Below the pieces are notes generated by a model. The model saw only the letters and a program-made list of their open reading frames with translations. It had not been told where the DNA came from and did not search any database. This document shows, piece after piece, positions 37,141 to 49,630 of a stretch of DNA of 64,000 bases. The stretch lies in NCBI GenBank assembly GCA_030390025.1, contig CM059432.1, forward strand, positions 103,356,001-103,420,000, read 5' to 3'. Both the position numbers and the translations under genes were made by a program. This DNA comes from Squalus acanthias. Lineage: Eukaryota. How positions within the stretch are numbered: position 1 is the stretch's first letter; every line of letters starts with the position of its first letter.

Positions 37141-40100
37141 CAACACTTGGTTCATAAGAACCTAAATATCAACAGGAAGTAAACAAAAAAGAGAAGAAAA
37201 GCAGTTAAGAAATGGCTAATGTACATTTATCTTTATATTATTATGTCCTTTACATAACTTTCAAGATACCTACCACTACCTACAAACTCTGGAAGCCCAT
37301 TTTAAATGGACATTATTTACATTAGGAAAATGTGTTGGGATACACATTTCCAGTGGGATGGAATTTTTGGTGATTTTCCTCATCTGGCCACTGCACATTG
37401 CCCCAAAATTGCAGTTCTGAGGCAAATTATAGGCATAAATCTGCCAAAACATGACTGCAAATGTAGCCCCAATGGCTCCTGAATGTGTAATTAAAGGCTC
37501 CCTCTTAATTAATTGTGTTTTTAAACTGAGGTTCTTGGGGCCTATATTCAGACTGGTTTACAGGCAGCTCTTTTGAAAATTTGCCAGGACTGAAGACCAT
37601 TTGCCACTGCACAAATAATCTTGCCTGCTATTGCAGATTCCAATCTACTGCGTGTTAGTTCACTGCCAAGTAAATTGATGTATCCATTCATTGCACAACA
37701 GCATCAATCACAGATAAGCATTAAACGAGAAGGAAATAGCTCCTACAAGCCACCATGTGCTAATTCCACTGCTAGAACTGCAATCTCTTTCCAAAAGATG
37801 CAGAAGGTGTGTACAATCAGATTAAAAACACTGCAAGTATTTTGCCCCCTCTATTCAGCTACCTTCAGTATAGATTTTACAAGATTAGCAGCAAGATGTA
37901 AGATAGATTTGAATAGTTTCAGGAGATACAGGGTTAATGAGTCAAAGCACGCTACACTAAACTGATTAAAATGAACATCCTTCACATCTCATTGTTTTTC
38001 TAAAATTATATTTTGAAAACATGTAATTCTGAGAATTTTAGAACATCATAATTAGACAAAGTACAGATCACTTGAATATGTATTACATTACAGTACACTC
38101 TGCAAACAATAATATCAAATCCCTTTTCATGGAGGGTGGAGAACATTTTTTTTTAAACTGGTAATTGTAAATTTTCATTCCCATGAGAGCCACAAAACAC
38201 TCTCATCAACCTCTTATCGCAACCTAAGGTTCCCTGAGTAAATTAAATAATTTTTAGTTTTTTACCCTTAATTGTTTCCATTGTGTGAATCTCGCTAAAA
38301 TACAAGGGGTTCAGCATTAGAAATGCTGATGGAGCACAGCGTAATTGAATATGGTACAAATATACAGCTCTGCAGTATTCAAAGGGTCGAGTACAATCTG
38401 CAATCTCAGAAACCACACATTCCCAGAATTTTGTCTTCAGAGAAAATTACTCTAGAATTTTCTCTGACATGACTTTAAGACTGATTAATGACTTTAATCA
38501 CTTGTTTCAAAGTTTACTGCTGCCAAGCATTTTGTGTGAACATAAAAAAAACACAAAATACAGATTTCTGCAATATTTTAAATCACTTGAGGAAATGTGT
38601 CAATTTGATATGCCGGACAACTGGTTTAGCCATTCACCGCCAGATCTGGCTGGACCACATAAAGCACTATTGGGTCCTGCTCTCGTCTCCCAAAACTGGA
38701 ATACAAAGATAACCCCCAGCTTCTATTCTCTACTGCTAACCGTCTTCTTAAACCCCTCTCCTCTGTCTCCTCCACCCTCACCTCCAACAACAAGTGCGAG
38801 GAGCTCATGGACTTCTTTGTCTCTAAGATTGAGACCATCCGATCAGCTGCCTCTGCCACTTCCCTTCCTTCCCCTAGCCCACTGAACCAAACTTCCTCTA
38901 AGGTTCCCCCCGGCCCTAGCCCTGAACTCACATCTTTCTCCAGTTTCTCTCTGATCTCTCCTCATGATCTCTCCACGCTCATCTTGTCCATGAGACCCAT
39001 TTCCTGCTCCCTCGACCCTATGCCCACTAAACTGCTGACCACCCAACTTCCTTTTCTGGCTCCCTTGTTAGCTAACATTGTTAACGGTTCTCTCTCCTCA
39101 GGTACTGTCCCCTTCTCCCTGAAATCTGCCATCATCATCCCTCTCCTCAAAAAAACAACTCTTGAACCCGCCATCCTTGCAAACTACCACTCCATTTGCA
39201 ACCTCCCTTTCCTCTCCAAAGTCCTTCAACGTGTTGTCGCCACCCAAATCCGTGCCCATCTTTCCCGGAACTCCATGTTCGAATCGCTCCAACCACAGTA
39301 GCAAAACAGCTCTCATCAAAGTCACAAATAACATTCTTAGTGATTGTGACAAAGGTAAACTATCCCTCCTCGTCCTTCTCGACCTGTCAGCAGGTTTTGA
39401 CACGGTTGACCACTCCATCCTCCTCCAACGCCTCTTCAGCTGGGTAGGACTGCACTCGCCCGGTTCCATTCTTATCTATCTAATTGTAGCCAGAGAATCA
39501 TCTGCAATGGCTTCTCTTCCCACTCCCGCATCATTACCTCTGGTGTCCCCCAGGATCTATCCTTGGCCCTCTCCTATTTCTCATCTACATGCTCCCCCTC
39601 AGCAACATCATCTGAAAACACAGCGTCAGTTTCCACATGTATGCTGACGACACCCAGTTCTACCTCACCACCACTTCTCTCGACCCCTCCACGGTCTCTA
39701 GCTTGTCAGATAACTTGTCCAACATCCAGTACTGGATGAACAGAAATTTGCTCCAATTAAATATTGGGAAGAATGAAGCCATTATCTTCGGTCCCCGCCA
39801 CAAACTCCGTTCCCTAGCCATCAACTCCATCTCTGTCCCGAACATCTGTCTGAGACTGAACCAGACTGTTCGTAACCTTGGTGTCATATTTGACCCTGAA
39901 ATGAGCTTCCAACCACATATCCGCGTTCTAACTAAGAACGCCTCTGTAACATCGCCCGTCTCTGCCCCTGCCTCAGATCATCTGCTGCTAATACCCTCAT
40001 CCATGCCTTTGTTACCTCTAGACTTGACTATTCCAACGCACTCCTGGCTGGCCTTCCACGTTCTACTCTAGGTAAACTTGAGGTCATCCAAAACTCTGCT

Positions 40101-40865
40101 GCCCATGTCCTAACTCGCACCAAGTCCTGTTCACCCATTACCCCTATGCTTGCTGACCTACATTGGCTCCCGGTTAAGCATCACCTCGATTTCAAAATTC
40201 TCATCCTTGTTTTCAAATCCTCCCACCCCACAACCTCCCGAGATATCTGTGCTCCTCTAATTCTGCCTTCTTGAGCATCCCTGATTTTAATCGCCCAAAC
40301 ATTGGTGGCCATGCCTTCAGCTGCCTAGGCCCTGAGCTCTGGAATTCCCTCCCTAAACCTCTCCACCTCTCTTTCCTCCTTTAAGACGCTCATTAAAACC
40401 TACCTCTTTAACCAAGCTTTTGGTCATCTTGTGAAGGAAATAACCATATTCCAAGAAATACATCATCCTATGAACAAATTTTGATATTATTAATACAAGA
40501 CATACTGGGGGAAAAATTCAGTATCGCCCCATTTGGGGCACAATTATCGGCCGGGCGCAAAAATTAGCACCTGGCGCTAATTATCGCCACTGACTGGAAA
40601 CTTCACTTTTAACGCCCCGGGAGGTGACTGGAGCGCTAAATCAGGCACTGCACACCTGTCTTAAGGCGCAAAGGCCGAGGAGTGAGGCGCTAACTCAGAG
40701 CGCGAGCGCAGCGCAGGTGCTGCCAGTTAGCGAGGGAACACAGACACACTGGCGCCGGCCAGTTCTTAAAGGGGGGGGGGCGATCTTGCTCCCCAGCCAC
40801 ACCCTGCTCATTGCAGCCTTGAATCTCGACCTGGAGAGACCTGACCTTCAATTTTCCAGCCAAGG

Positions 40866-42710
40866 ATGGAGAGGGCGAGAGAGCGAGCTCAGCGCTTCAG
40901 CGAGCGGGCCTTGGATGCTCTGGTTGGCGCGGTGGAGCGCCGAGGATCAACACTGTACCCTGAGAGTGGCAGGAGGCCTTTGCCGCGCGACTACAGAAGG
41001 GTGTGGAGGGAAGTGGCTCAGCACGTCTCCTCCAGGAGCATGGTGCCCAGGACCCATATACAATGCCGGAAAAAGTTCAACGACCTCACTCGGGTCGTCA
41101 GGGTGAGTGGCTTTTTTGCAATACCTCTCCATTCCTCCATCTCAGCCTCACTCTATGGCCAGAGGGTCTTAAAACCACAATTAACAGCACTCATCCAACA
41201 CCTATGGCCCTTTCATGAAGCACACACACACATTCCACACTTTGCATACAGTAAGGGCTATTCACCTATGGGAGGCACATCAGGCAAGACCATGGCTGTA
41301 GTACAGTAAGGGCTATTCACCTATGGGCGGCACATCAGGCAAGACCATGGCTGTAGTACAGTAAGGGCTATTCACCTATGGGAGGCACATCAGGCAAGAC
41401 CATGGCTGTATATTTACTCAGACGCCGTCCTTTTTCTTGCAGGCCAAGCTGGCGCATAATAGGAGACAGCAGCAGCGGACGGGTGGAGGGCTGCCTCAGC
41501 TGCAACCCCTCAGCGATCTGGAGGAGCGCGTCCACAGGATTGTGGCAAGCCGGGTGATTGGTCCCGTCGCCACTGGAGACGCCGACCCCGTTCTGGACAG
41601 CAATGGTAAGGTCATCACCTTTTTGTCCTCTGTCCTTCCACTTGTCCCTCACAACACCAGCCTTTGACACTTTCAATCCAACTTACTAACTCGCTGCACT
41701 TATTCCTCCCTTACTGCCACCCTGTCCTCACGCTAAAGCCACTCTTGTACCTCCCTGCTTTCAGATGGTGATTCACCAGCTGAGGAGACGGACCCTGAAG
41801 CTGCCAGTGGGAGTGAGGCTGCAGCTGAGGAGGAAGAGGAAGCCGGAGCATCAGTGCCACCCTCTCCCGAGGAAGCCCATGCCGACACTGGGACCACGCC
41901 TTCCCTGGAGGGGAGCAGGGGGAAGGGTCTGATGAGGGTGAAGCTCCAGGACCCAGCGGGCTGCAGCAACGCCATGGGGGTAGGGAAGCACGGGGGCCTT
42001 CTCCCCGGAGGGAGAGTAGGCCAGCGAGTCCTGCTGCACTGGACGCAGAGGAGGAGCGGCTGATCGCGGAAATGAACACCCAGGCGGTGGCCATGCACAC
42101 TGAGCTCATGGCTGCAGTGGGTAGGGTGCCCGAATGAATTGAAGCACTGGCAAGGAGTGTGGAGCACTTCGCTGCAGCGCAGGCGGATGCGACACTGAAG
42201 CTCAGTGCTGCAATTCAATCTCAGACTGCTCTCATGCAGACTCAGATTGAGGCCACGCGAGCACTGTCTGCTGCCATCCTCACTGGTTCGGACACATTTC
42301 CCCAGGGCTCTCACCGCGCCGCAGCAGGCCAGCAATCTGTGCTCCAGCAGATTGCTCCGGATGCTGAGGTGCTGCCCCGTGGGAGTGCCAGTGTGCCGGT
42401 CGAGCAGGGAGTTGCTGTCCTCGCTCAAGATGACAGCATTCCTGCTGCCACCACTGTCACTTCTCCACTGCAGTTGCCACCGCCTGTAGGACAGACTGCT
42501 GCCGCCCATGCAGAGTTGGTGCAGTCTGCAGCCGGGCCCTCCAGGCCCAGAACTGGTCGAGGCCGTCCCTCAAGGGCATCTGCATTGTCAGGGCTTGACA
42601 GTCAGCAGCTTTCCACCAGCCTTGCTGCAGCCACTGAGGTCCCATTGCGGAGGAGCAGTAGGGTAAGAAGGGGGGAAGGGCGCACGGGAAGGAGTTCACC
42701 CTCGATGTAG
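40866..42710 (+). pseudogene. Harbinger Myb/SANT-like DNA-binding protein, 3 exons (40866-41102, 41443-41605, 41765-42710)
   Basis: RFSERALDALV..WREVA..RTHIQCRKKFNDL. Donors GTGAGT and GTAAGG, acceptors TTGCAG and TTTCAG. Frame break at 41910-41913 and TGA at 42135-42137. Confidence 0.85.
41247..41410 (+). repeat. 55-bp tandem repeat x3 in Myb intron 1
   Basis: TACAGTAAGGGCTATTCACCTATGGGAGGCACATCAGGCAAGACCATGGCTGTAG at 41247, 41302 and 41357. Confidence 0.92.
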
Positions 42711-43021
42711 GAGGTGTGACAAAATGCTGGTTATTTTTTTATTAAAGGCCGAGGTTCGAGGTCAAACTTTTGTTGAGTGTTTTGCACATGATCTCCAGGT
42801 TGTGAGAACCAGTTATGGTAATGACTGTTTTTTTGTGTTTATTTGTATGAGTGTGTCATGAGTAAATGACACACACAGAGTTTGTAAAATAAATAAGTTT
42901 TGGTACTCAAAATATACATGTTTGGTGTTTGGAATCATTGGTGCCTTGGCCGGCTTAGGGGTTGCGTGTTGGGTTCATTCATGCTGTTCTCAATGGCAGA
43001 AGCCATTTCCACAGCAGGGGC

Positions 43022-43129
43022 CTAGAAGCGGCTTGCTATCAGTCGTTGACGGACGGCCCTTGCAGTTTCACCATTGTGGGCCGCCCTCACGCCTTGGTGC
43101 TGCTGCTGATCATCCTCCTCCTCCTCTTC

Positions 43130-43184
<55 letters not shown>

Positions 43185-44215
43185 GGTGGTGCTCCAAGGC
43201 CTGGTGGCATTGGCTGGGTCCTGAGGATTGCCATGTTATGCAGCATGCAGCACACAACTACGATGTGGGAAACTCGCTCAGGCGAGTACTGCAGGGCTCC
43301 TCCAGAATGGTCGAGACAGCGGAACCGTTGCTTGAGCACGCCGATTGTGTGCTCCACGATGTTCCTGGTAGCTTGATGGCTCTCGTTGTACCGCAGCTCA
43401 GCAGGGGTGTTGGGCGTACGGAGCGGTGTCATCAGCCAGGTGCTCAGTGGATACCCCTTGTCCCCGAGAAGCCAACCAACTGGCTGATGCGGTGCCTCGA
43501 AAAGTTCTGCCACAGTAGTCTGGCGCAGGATAAAAGCATCGTGGCAGCTGCCAGGATAGTGGGCATTGACAGCGAGTATCAGCTGTCTGTGGTCACAGAC
43601 CAACTGAACATTCAAGGAATGGAACCCCTTTCTGTTCCGGAAATCCTCGGCATTCTCATGCGGAGCACGCAAAGCCACATGCGTGCAGTCAATGGCGCCC
43701 TGCACCATGGGGAAGCCCGCTATCCTGGCAAAGCCCAGAGCGCGTTCTTGCTGCTTGTCTGGGGTCATGGGGAAAGAGATGAACTCTCGTCTCCTTTTAA
43801 AGAGGGCATTTGTGACCTTCCTGATGCAGCAATGCACCGCGAACTGGGAGAGATTGGCGATGTCCCCAACAGCAGATTGAAATGAGCCAGTAGCATAAAA
43901 GTTCAGAGCCACTGTGACCTTCACTGCCACCGACAGAGACGTCCTGGACCTCAGTTGAGGCTGCAGATCTGGCTGCAGCAGGTGGCAGATCTTAGTGACC
44001 ACCTCCTTGCTGAAGCGCAGCCTTCGCAGACACTGCTCATCAGACATATGAATGTAGGAGAGCTGTTCACGATATACCCTGGGAGGGTAAGCTCTCCTGT
44101 ACAGACGCCTGTTGGCCCTCCTCCGTCTGGCCATCATTGCCACTCTCTCTCTGCGTCTCCGTCTCCTCCGATTCAGCTGGCGCAGGACGACGCCCCCCAT
44201 CAGTGCAGCCCCCAT
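43022..44215 (-). CDS. Intact Harbinger (HARBI1-like, DDE_Tnp_4) transposase, 397 aa
   Basis: ATG at 44213-44215. GAIDCTH, NRKGFHSLNVQLVCD, PGSCHD, LLGDKGYP, RNIVEHTIGVLKQRFRCL, CCMLHN; poly-Glu near the C-terminus. Confidence 0.93.
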
Positions 44216-46031
44216 AGTCTCGTAGCAAGCAAAGTTATGAAGGCCAGAAACCAAAGTACCAACGAAGTTATGATCAGTAGCCAAAACTACCTCACACAGC
44301 GTTGACTCAATGCACAAGTCTCTCTCTCTCTCTCCGAATCTCTCTCTCTCTCTCAGAACGAGTGGTGCAAAAATGTCAACCACAGAGAAAGACAGGAAGA
44401 GGCCCCCTTTAAATAGCGCCCCCCCGAGCCCCACAGCGATTGTTAGCGTTCCATTCTACCGGTCGTTGGGTGCTCCAGGCGGTAAGGATGGGGGCGCCAC
44501 TGAATTTCTGCTCCGGGGCGCCACAAGGGCGTTGCACTCTCATATGACGTCACAATCCGCGGGCGCAGGGGACCGCGGCGATAAAGTTTAGCGCCGCCGC
44601 AAAATGTCTAGTGAAGTTCCCGAGCGGCGCAAACATCGCTGCGCCCGGGCGCTAGCTGCTTTGCGCCCCATTAGCGCCCTCTTAAGGCGCTAACGGGAGG
44701 CGCAACCAACTGAATTTTTAGCCCACTGAGTTTAACAGTCTGGAAAGCCTCGGCAACACAGGCTGCAAACACAATACAGGCTTCTGAGATAAGGTGAAGT
44801 GTTAACAAAAGCTGTAAAACACCACAAGCTTTGAAATGGGAGATGGTTGTAAACACAAAAACAATGCCCCTATTGAAGCAAACCATTGGCGCTTCCAGAA
44901 GGTCTGGAGTTTGGGAGAAACACAATGGAATGACCCAAGTAAAGTGTTATAAGCTAACACTCAGGGAAACAGAAACTTAGAACATTAAACAACCATATGC
45001 CTTCATAAAGTAGCATCAAATAAGACAGGAAACACAATTAAATATGCAACCAATTGAGATAGCAAGAAAACAAGTAAACACCCTAAGAGAAGTGGTTTTG
45101 ATTTACATATTGTAAAAGATACCTACAGAGAGGCTTTGATAATATAATATCAATAGATGACACCAAGCAATTACATTGTGTTTGTATTGAACTTGGAACA
45201 CCACGGAGTCACGGCGTCTGGCTTACAAGCAGTTAAGTGATATTAAGAATTCAATAGAAAGACTTCCTAAGAATAGCATCAAAAGATAAATCTGTAATAA
45301 CCATAAAATGGTAAGTTTTTGAAACACCTAAAGGTAGAGACAGAATTCTAAAAGTTGGCAGCTGAAATGACAGTAAGAATAGAAAAGAATTCAATAAAGA
45401 ATCACTAGAGATAATTAGCTTACATCAGCAGGAAACTTCAAAGAAAATACCACTAAAAAAAGGTATAAAAATAGAGCTTTTCAGATAGAGAGTCAGAAGT
45501 CACTGGAAGGGCAAGCGTTTCTCAACTTCACAGGCACGCTCTGTAAGTTTTCAACTCTGAGTCTCGGGTAATCAAGGTATTTGATTTTGGTGGATATTCT
45601 GGAATAAGAAATAAGTAGAAGTGTGGAAATGTAACGAAGTTAAGATTTGAGAATAAGGATCTCTGATAAGAAATGTAAACTATTTGTATTTTGAACGGCT
45701 AAAGTTGCGATTGCCATACCAGCTGTTAACTAAATGTCGGTTCTTTAATAAATCTGTATATTTTTAAAATTGTCTCAAAGAGTATTTCTGTATCAATCTC
45801 GTGAACTCAATTTCTGTACACTCTTTTGTAAGGAGTTGCAGAATTCTGGGGGGGTTTCCGGACCCTCATAATATCCGGAAGGTTACAGTCTAGTTAAACT
45901 TGTTAAAAGTGCTATCCGGAGGACGGTAACATCTTCAGGCCTTTCCTTTCCTTTAGGGAGAGGTAGTCTGACTTTTAGACCCAATTAAGCGTCTCTAGGA
46001 TTTGGCTACCGCTAACTTTAGTTGAAGGTGA

Positions 46032-46077
46032 ACGCCTGGGGAATACGCCTGGTCTGGGGAATACGCCTGATCTGGGG
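46032..46077 (+). repeat. 18-bp short tandem repeat near the LTR 3' end
   Basis: CTGGGGAATACGCCTG(G/A)T repeated about 2.5 times. Confidence 0.8.
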
Positions 46078-46984
46078 TAGTCCGAAAGGGCTAGGACTTG
46101 TAATTATCCCTTCAATCTGTCCTAATTTCTCCTTATAATTGTTTTGTCTTATAACACTCCTGTGAAGCGCCTTGGGATGTTTTACTATGTTAAAAGCGCT
46201 ATATAAATACAAGTTGTTGTTGTTGATTCATTTAGGCACGCCTAATTTTTGAGGGTTCTATAAAAAAATTAGATAAGAATTTTTAGATCAATCAATTCAT
46301 TTTAGCTGACCTTCTGCCAGGTTCACTGTGAACTTTGCTTAGACATTGCTTGATATAATTCACAATTTTAGTCTATTCTAGATTTCTCAATAAACTGTAA
46401 CCATCTAAATGAGCAGGAAATGAAGCATTATCCCCTAAAATTCACCTTGTGCTGACTCCCTCCATTATATGTAGGACTCAATCATTGGGCAAACTATCCT
46501 ATGCGATTGTTCTTCATCATTCCACCTGAAGGCTTAGAAAAGTCTGATAGCTCAAACTTGGTGGAGGTTAATGACTCTAACATTGTCAAAATATATTTTG
46601 AAAAAATGAATTACGTTATCATTGATCATAGGTTGTGCTCACAGGTTGAAATATCAGTAAGGGGTGAGTGTGTATGCGCAGAAGGTGGTGAAGGTCAGGT
46701 TTCATCATGTATGCACAATTGAGCCTAACTGTAAGCCAAAAAGGGATGAGAAACAAAGGTCATGGGAAGAAATCGAGTTGCAGGAAGAAGGAAAGTGAAT
46801 CCCAAGACAACGCAACAATTGAACATTGTTTAATAAGGAAAGGAAAGGAAGATAAAAAAGAGAATCACTGGCAACTGAAGATACAAAACTAGCATGTGAA
46901 ACTTGTGAGTAGTTGACTTAGGCCACTAAGCAATACTTTAGCAAAGATTATAATAGATATAAGCCAATCTATTTACCAAAGAAT

Positions 46985-49630
46985 GGGCTGGAATTTCCTT
47001 TGAATTATTGCCCACTTTAAGGCCGTTTTGGTAAACTCAGTAAATTGGCTATCACCTGAACTCCACCAGTAAATAAATAGCATCTGGATTCCCCTCCAGA
47101 AATAGCACCATTCCCCTTTAATGCCTGCTCAGAGACCATCCCACCACATTTAAATGGGATCCAGTGGGTGTAGCTAACCTTACTGCTGTATTTTCCCCAA
47201 CTTCTACCCAAAACCCAACCCAAATTATTACTATCACTATATAAGTAGCGGTATGAGCAGCGCATCAGTATCCCGAAAGCAGATACCACCAAATAATCCC
47301 AACCAGGTCCTGGTAGTTCAGTGCAAATATGATATCCAGGCTAGCCTTCAATGTATCTAGTGAAGTAGTGGTAGCTACCACTGCCTTAGTACCTCCTCTG
47401 GCTCCTTGTTGCTGTAGAAACCTCATGGACAGTCACTCTCTCCAGGGTGTTCTGCATGTCATGAGAAACTTCCTACAATTTGTTAGATGCATGTAGTGGA
47501 CTCGTCCCACATCTCCATCATCTCACCCATAAGCATGGAAACCACTAATCATGGCTCTTTTGAAGGCTCAGCTGCTGAGATCTAGGCCCCTAGGCTCCTC
47601 ATCTGAGGGAGGTCATTTCTCCACCCTCTGTGACGGAATGGCACTTTCCCTCTCTTCCAATTTTAGGTCCTCATGCTCACTAGTATTCAGTGCTTTAGCC
47701 AATGAAAACCTTACACTAATGCAGGAGTAGGGGAGATGCCAGAGTTGGTAAGGACATAGCAGGAATTGTAGATCTGGAAGTGGCAGCAGTAGTGGATCTG
47801 AAATTCACTAGGTGTTCATCAGACTGACTGGCCTATTCCTCCAAGGCACAGTGGCATTTCCCCTTGAACAAATAGCAGCTCAGTGTAAGAACATTGCAAT
47901 ACTTTGAGAAAGCAGATGACGCTGCTGCAACATTTGATCAGCTTTATCCAACCTTCTCTTGCCACCTTGCCTCCAACCTTACCTTCCCCACAGCCTCTCC
48001 TGCCTGTCTGTCTATTATCTACAGAACTTCCTCTGCGTGCAAACTCAAGATTTTCAGAATTGGTGTTCCTCCCCTATTTGCAGTTCACTATCGGTGGTTG
48101 TGTAGGAAGAGAACACAATGTTAAACAAATGCATGGACACTTGTTTTCCCCAATATGAGTGCATGCACCCTATGATGATGAGAGGTGCAGGTGCGTTGTC
48201 CCTTCATGACTGCAGAGTGTCATCCGTTGTGGCAGGCAGTGTGAGTTCACAGAGTGTTTGTGAGTTAACATTCTGGACCCGATTTCAAAAGGGAGGGCAG
48301 GTGGTACACTCAGGGAGTCCAAAGACATAGAGGCCCGGCCGGGCTCATTTGAATAACAGCGGGTTGGATTGGGATTGAGGAGGGATCCGACTGCTGCAAG
48401 GGACCTAAGGGAACGGGTCCCATCATAAGATAAGTGCTGGGGAGGAGGGTTCCCATACAGATGCTGGTGTGGGGAGAGAGAGGGAGGGCCAGGGCAAGAG
48501 AGGTCAGAGGATTCCTTCCTGTTTCTCCGAACAATCAAAAATGTTACTTATCTTGGTCTCTCTGGGCACTCTGCTGCATCCCACCAGGTTTCTCTGGCAA
48601 CTTTGACACAGGGCGGCCCTGCCCCTGAGTCTCACTGCGGCACCAATGATGTCATCGGGCGACAAATTTTAATTTTAAATTAGACCCTCGCTTGCCCGTA
48701 GGTAAGGATGTCATCGGGTGGAAATGGAGCAGCCTAATCTTAACCCTTCCCATGCACCTTTCTCGCTGGGTGAAGGGGGCGAAATTTGAACCCTTTGCTT
48801 CAATGTTTCCAGACGTTCCCCTTTGCATTAAAGCTTCTCCCTGACACCCAGGTGGTAAGAGAGAAACAGCATGAGAGATAAGGAGGTGAGTGAACACAGT
48901 ACCGTTGGCACAGAATGCAGTTTGGCACCAGAGCATTGACTGACCTTGGCCACCCTTGTGAAGTTATTGAACTTCTTCCTGCACTGTGTGGCAGTTCTTG
49001 GGGTGGGCGAGATTGCTTCAGCAATCTCCATCCATACAGCCTCAGCCCTCATTACCCAACCCTCATTCTTTTTAGCCTTTGCTTTAGCCAGCAAAACATC
49101 CATAGATGTATCAGAGAATCAAGAAGCTCTTCCTGCAGCTTACCCTCCTCCCCCCTCTCCCCTGAGGCTCCTGCTCCTATAGACATTCTGCCACTTGTGC
49201 TTCCTGTTGTTCAAAAAATATTGTAATCCTTTAGCTAGCTGCAGCCTTTTAAAGGCACCATATTTTTCTTCCTTCCAGTGACAGTAATCCAAGTAGCGAT
49301 ATTACTTCTCTTAACCCATCCTGTATTGACAATGAGGATCCTGGGAGGAAAGTTCAGTGGGTTAGCAGTGATGTCACATGGATCCTGATGATAGGCTCAT
49401 TTTGGGAATTTGAACTTCAGATTGGGATTTGTCTTCTTTTGGGAGCAGGGCAGGGCGGGGCGGGGGGGTGCGCGGTGTGGGTGCAGGTGAAGAGAAAGGG
49501 GTGGATTCCTATGTTGTATTAACCTTCCACAGTGCGACTTTGAAAAGTGTAGCATCAGGGAATAAGATAATGATTTCAGGGAGATTTGCCAGGCCTTTAG
49601 CAAGGTTTTGCCATGCTATTCGCCAGGCAC
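46985..49630 (-). mobile_element. Degenerate Harbinger with a Myb exon-1 relic (48945-49150) and a nested MITE-like segment at ~48275-48793
   Basis: WMEIAEAI..RTATQCRKKFNNFTRVAK followed by a GTCAGT donor. Left end GGGCTGGAATTTCC. Boundaries approximate. Confidence 0.55.

Larger units (their letters stand above)
40507..44724. mobile_element. Full-length PIF/Harbinger transposon, copy 1, TSD ACT
   Basis: TIRs GGGGGAAAAATTCAGT / ACTGAATTTTTAGCCC, ACT on both sides, convergent Myb and transposase genes. Confidence 0.95.
40430..46114 (+). mobile_element. Solo LTR, ~1464 bp after removing the Harbinger (40430-40506 + 44728-46114), TSD ATCT
   Basis: Starts TGTGAAGG and ends CCTTCA. ATCT at 40426-40429 and 46115-46118. 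TATAAAA at 45464 and AATAAA at 45747. Confidence 0.75.
38610..46225 (+). mobile_element. L2 LINE (38610-40429 + tail 46119-46225), split by the solo LTR
   Basis: [12 protein letters not shown] and [17 protein letters not shown]|...|ATCTGTCCTAATTTCTCC..(TTG)n rejoins into the L2 3' end. Confidence 0.88.

Noticed and set aside
32800..38600. Largely unique AT-rich stretch with short ORFs (e.g. 37621-37965)
   Set aside because: No recognisable domains or consistent exon structure; conservation cannot be assessed here.
42962..43885. Long antisense ORFs over transposase and Myb genes (also 41733-42509, 58058-58732)
   Set aside because: Shadows of GC-rich coding sequence; not conserved as ORFs between the two copies.
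44216..44434. N-terminal extension of the 470-aa ORF call
   Set aside because: Runs through the promoter, TATA-like box and (GA)n repeat from a non-ATG start. ATG at 44215 is the more plausible start.
45930..45935. Alternative LTR right end at GGTAACA with a CATCTT direct repeat
   Set aside because: L2 homology resumes only at 46115, where the ATCT TSD and CCTTCA terminus fit better.
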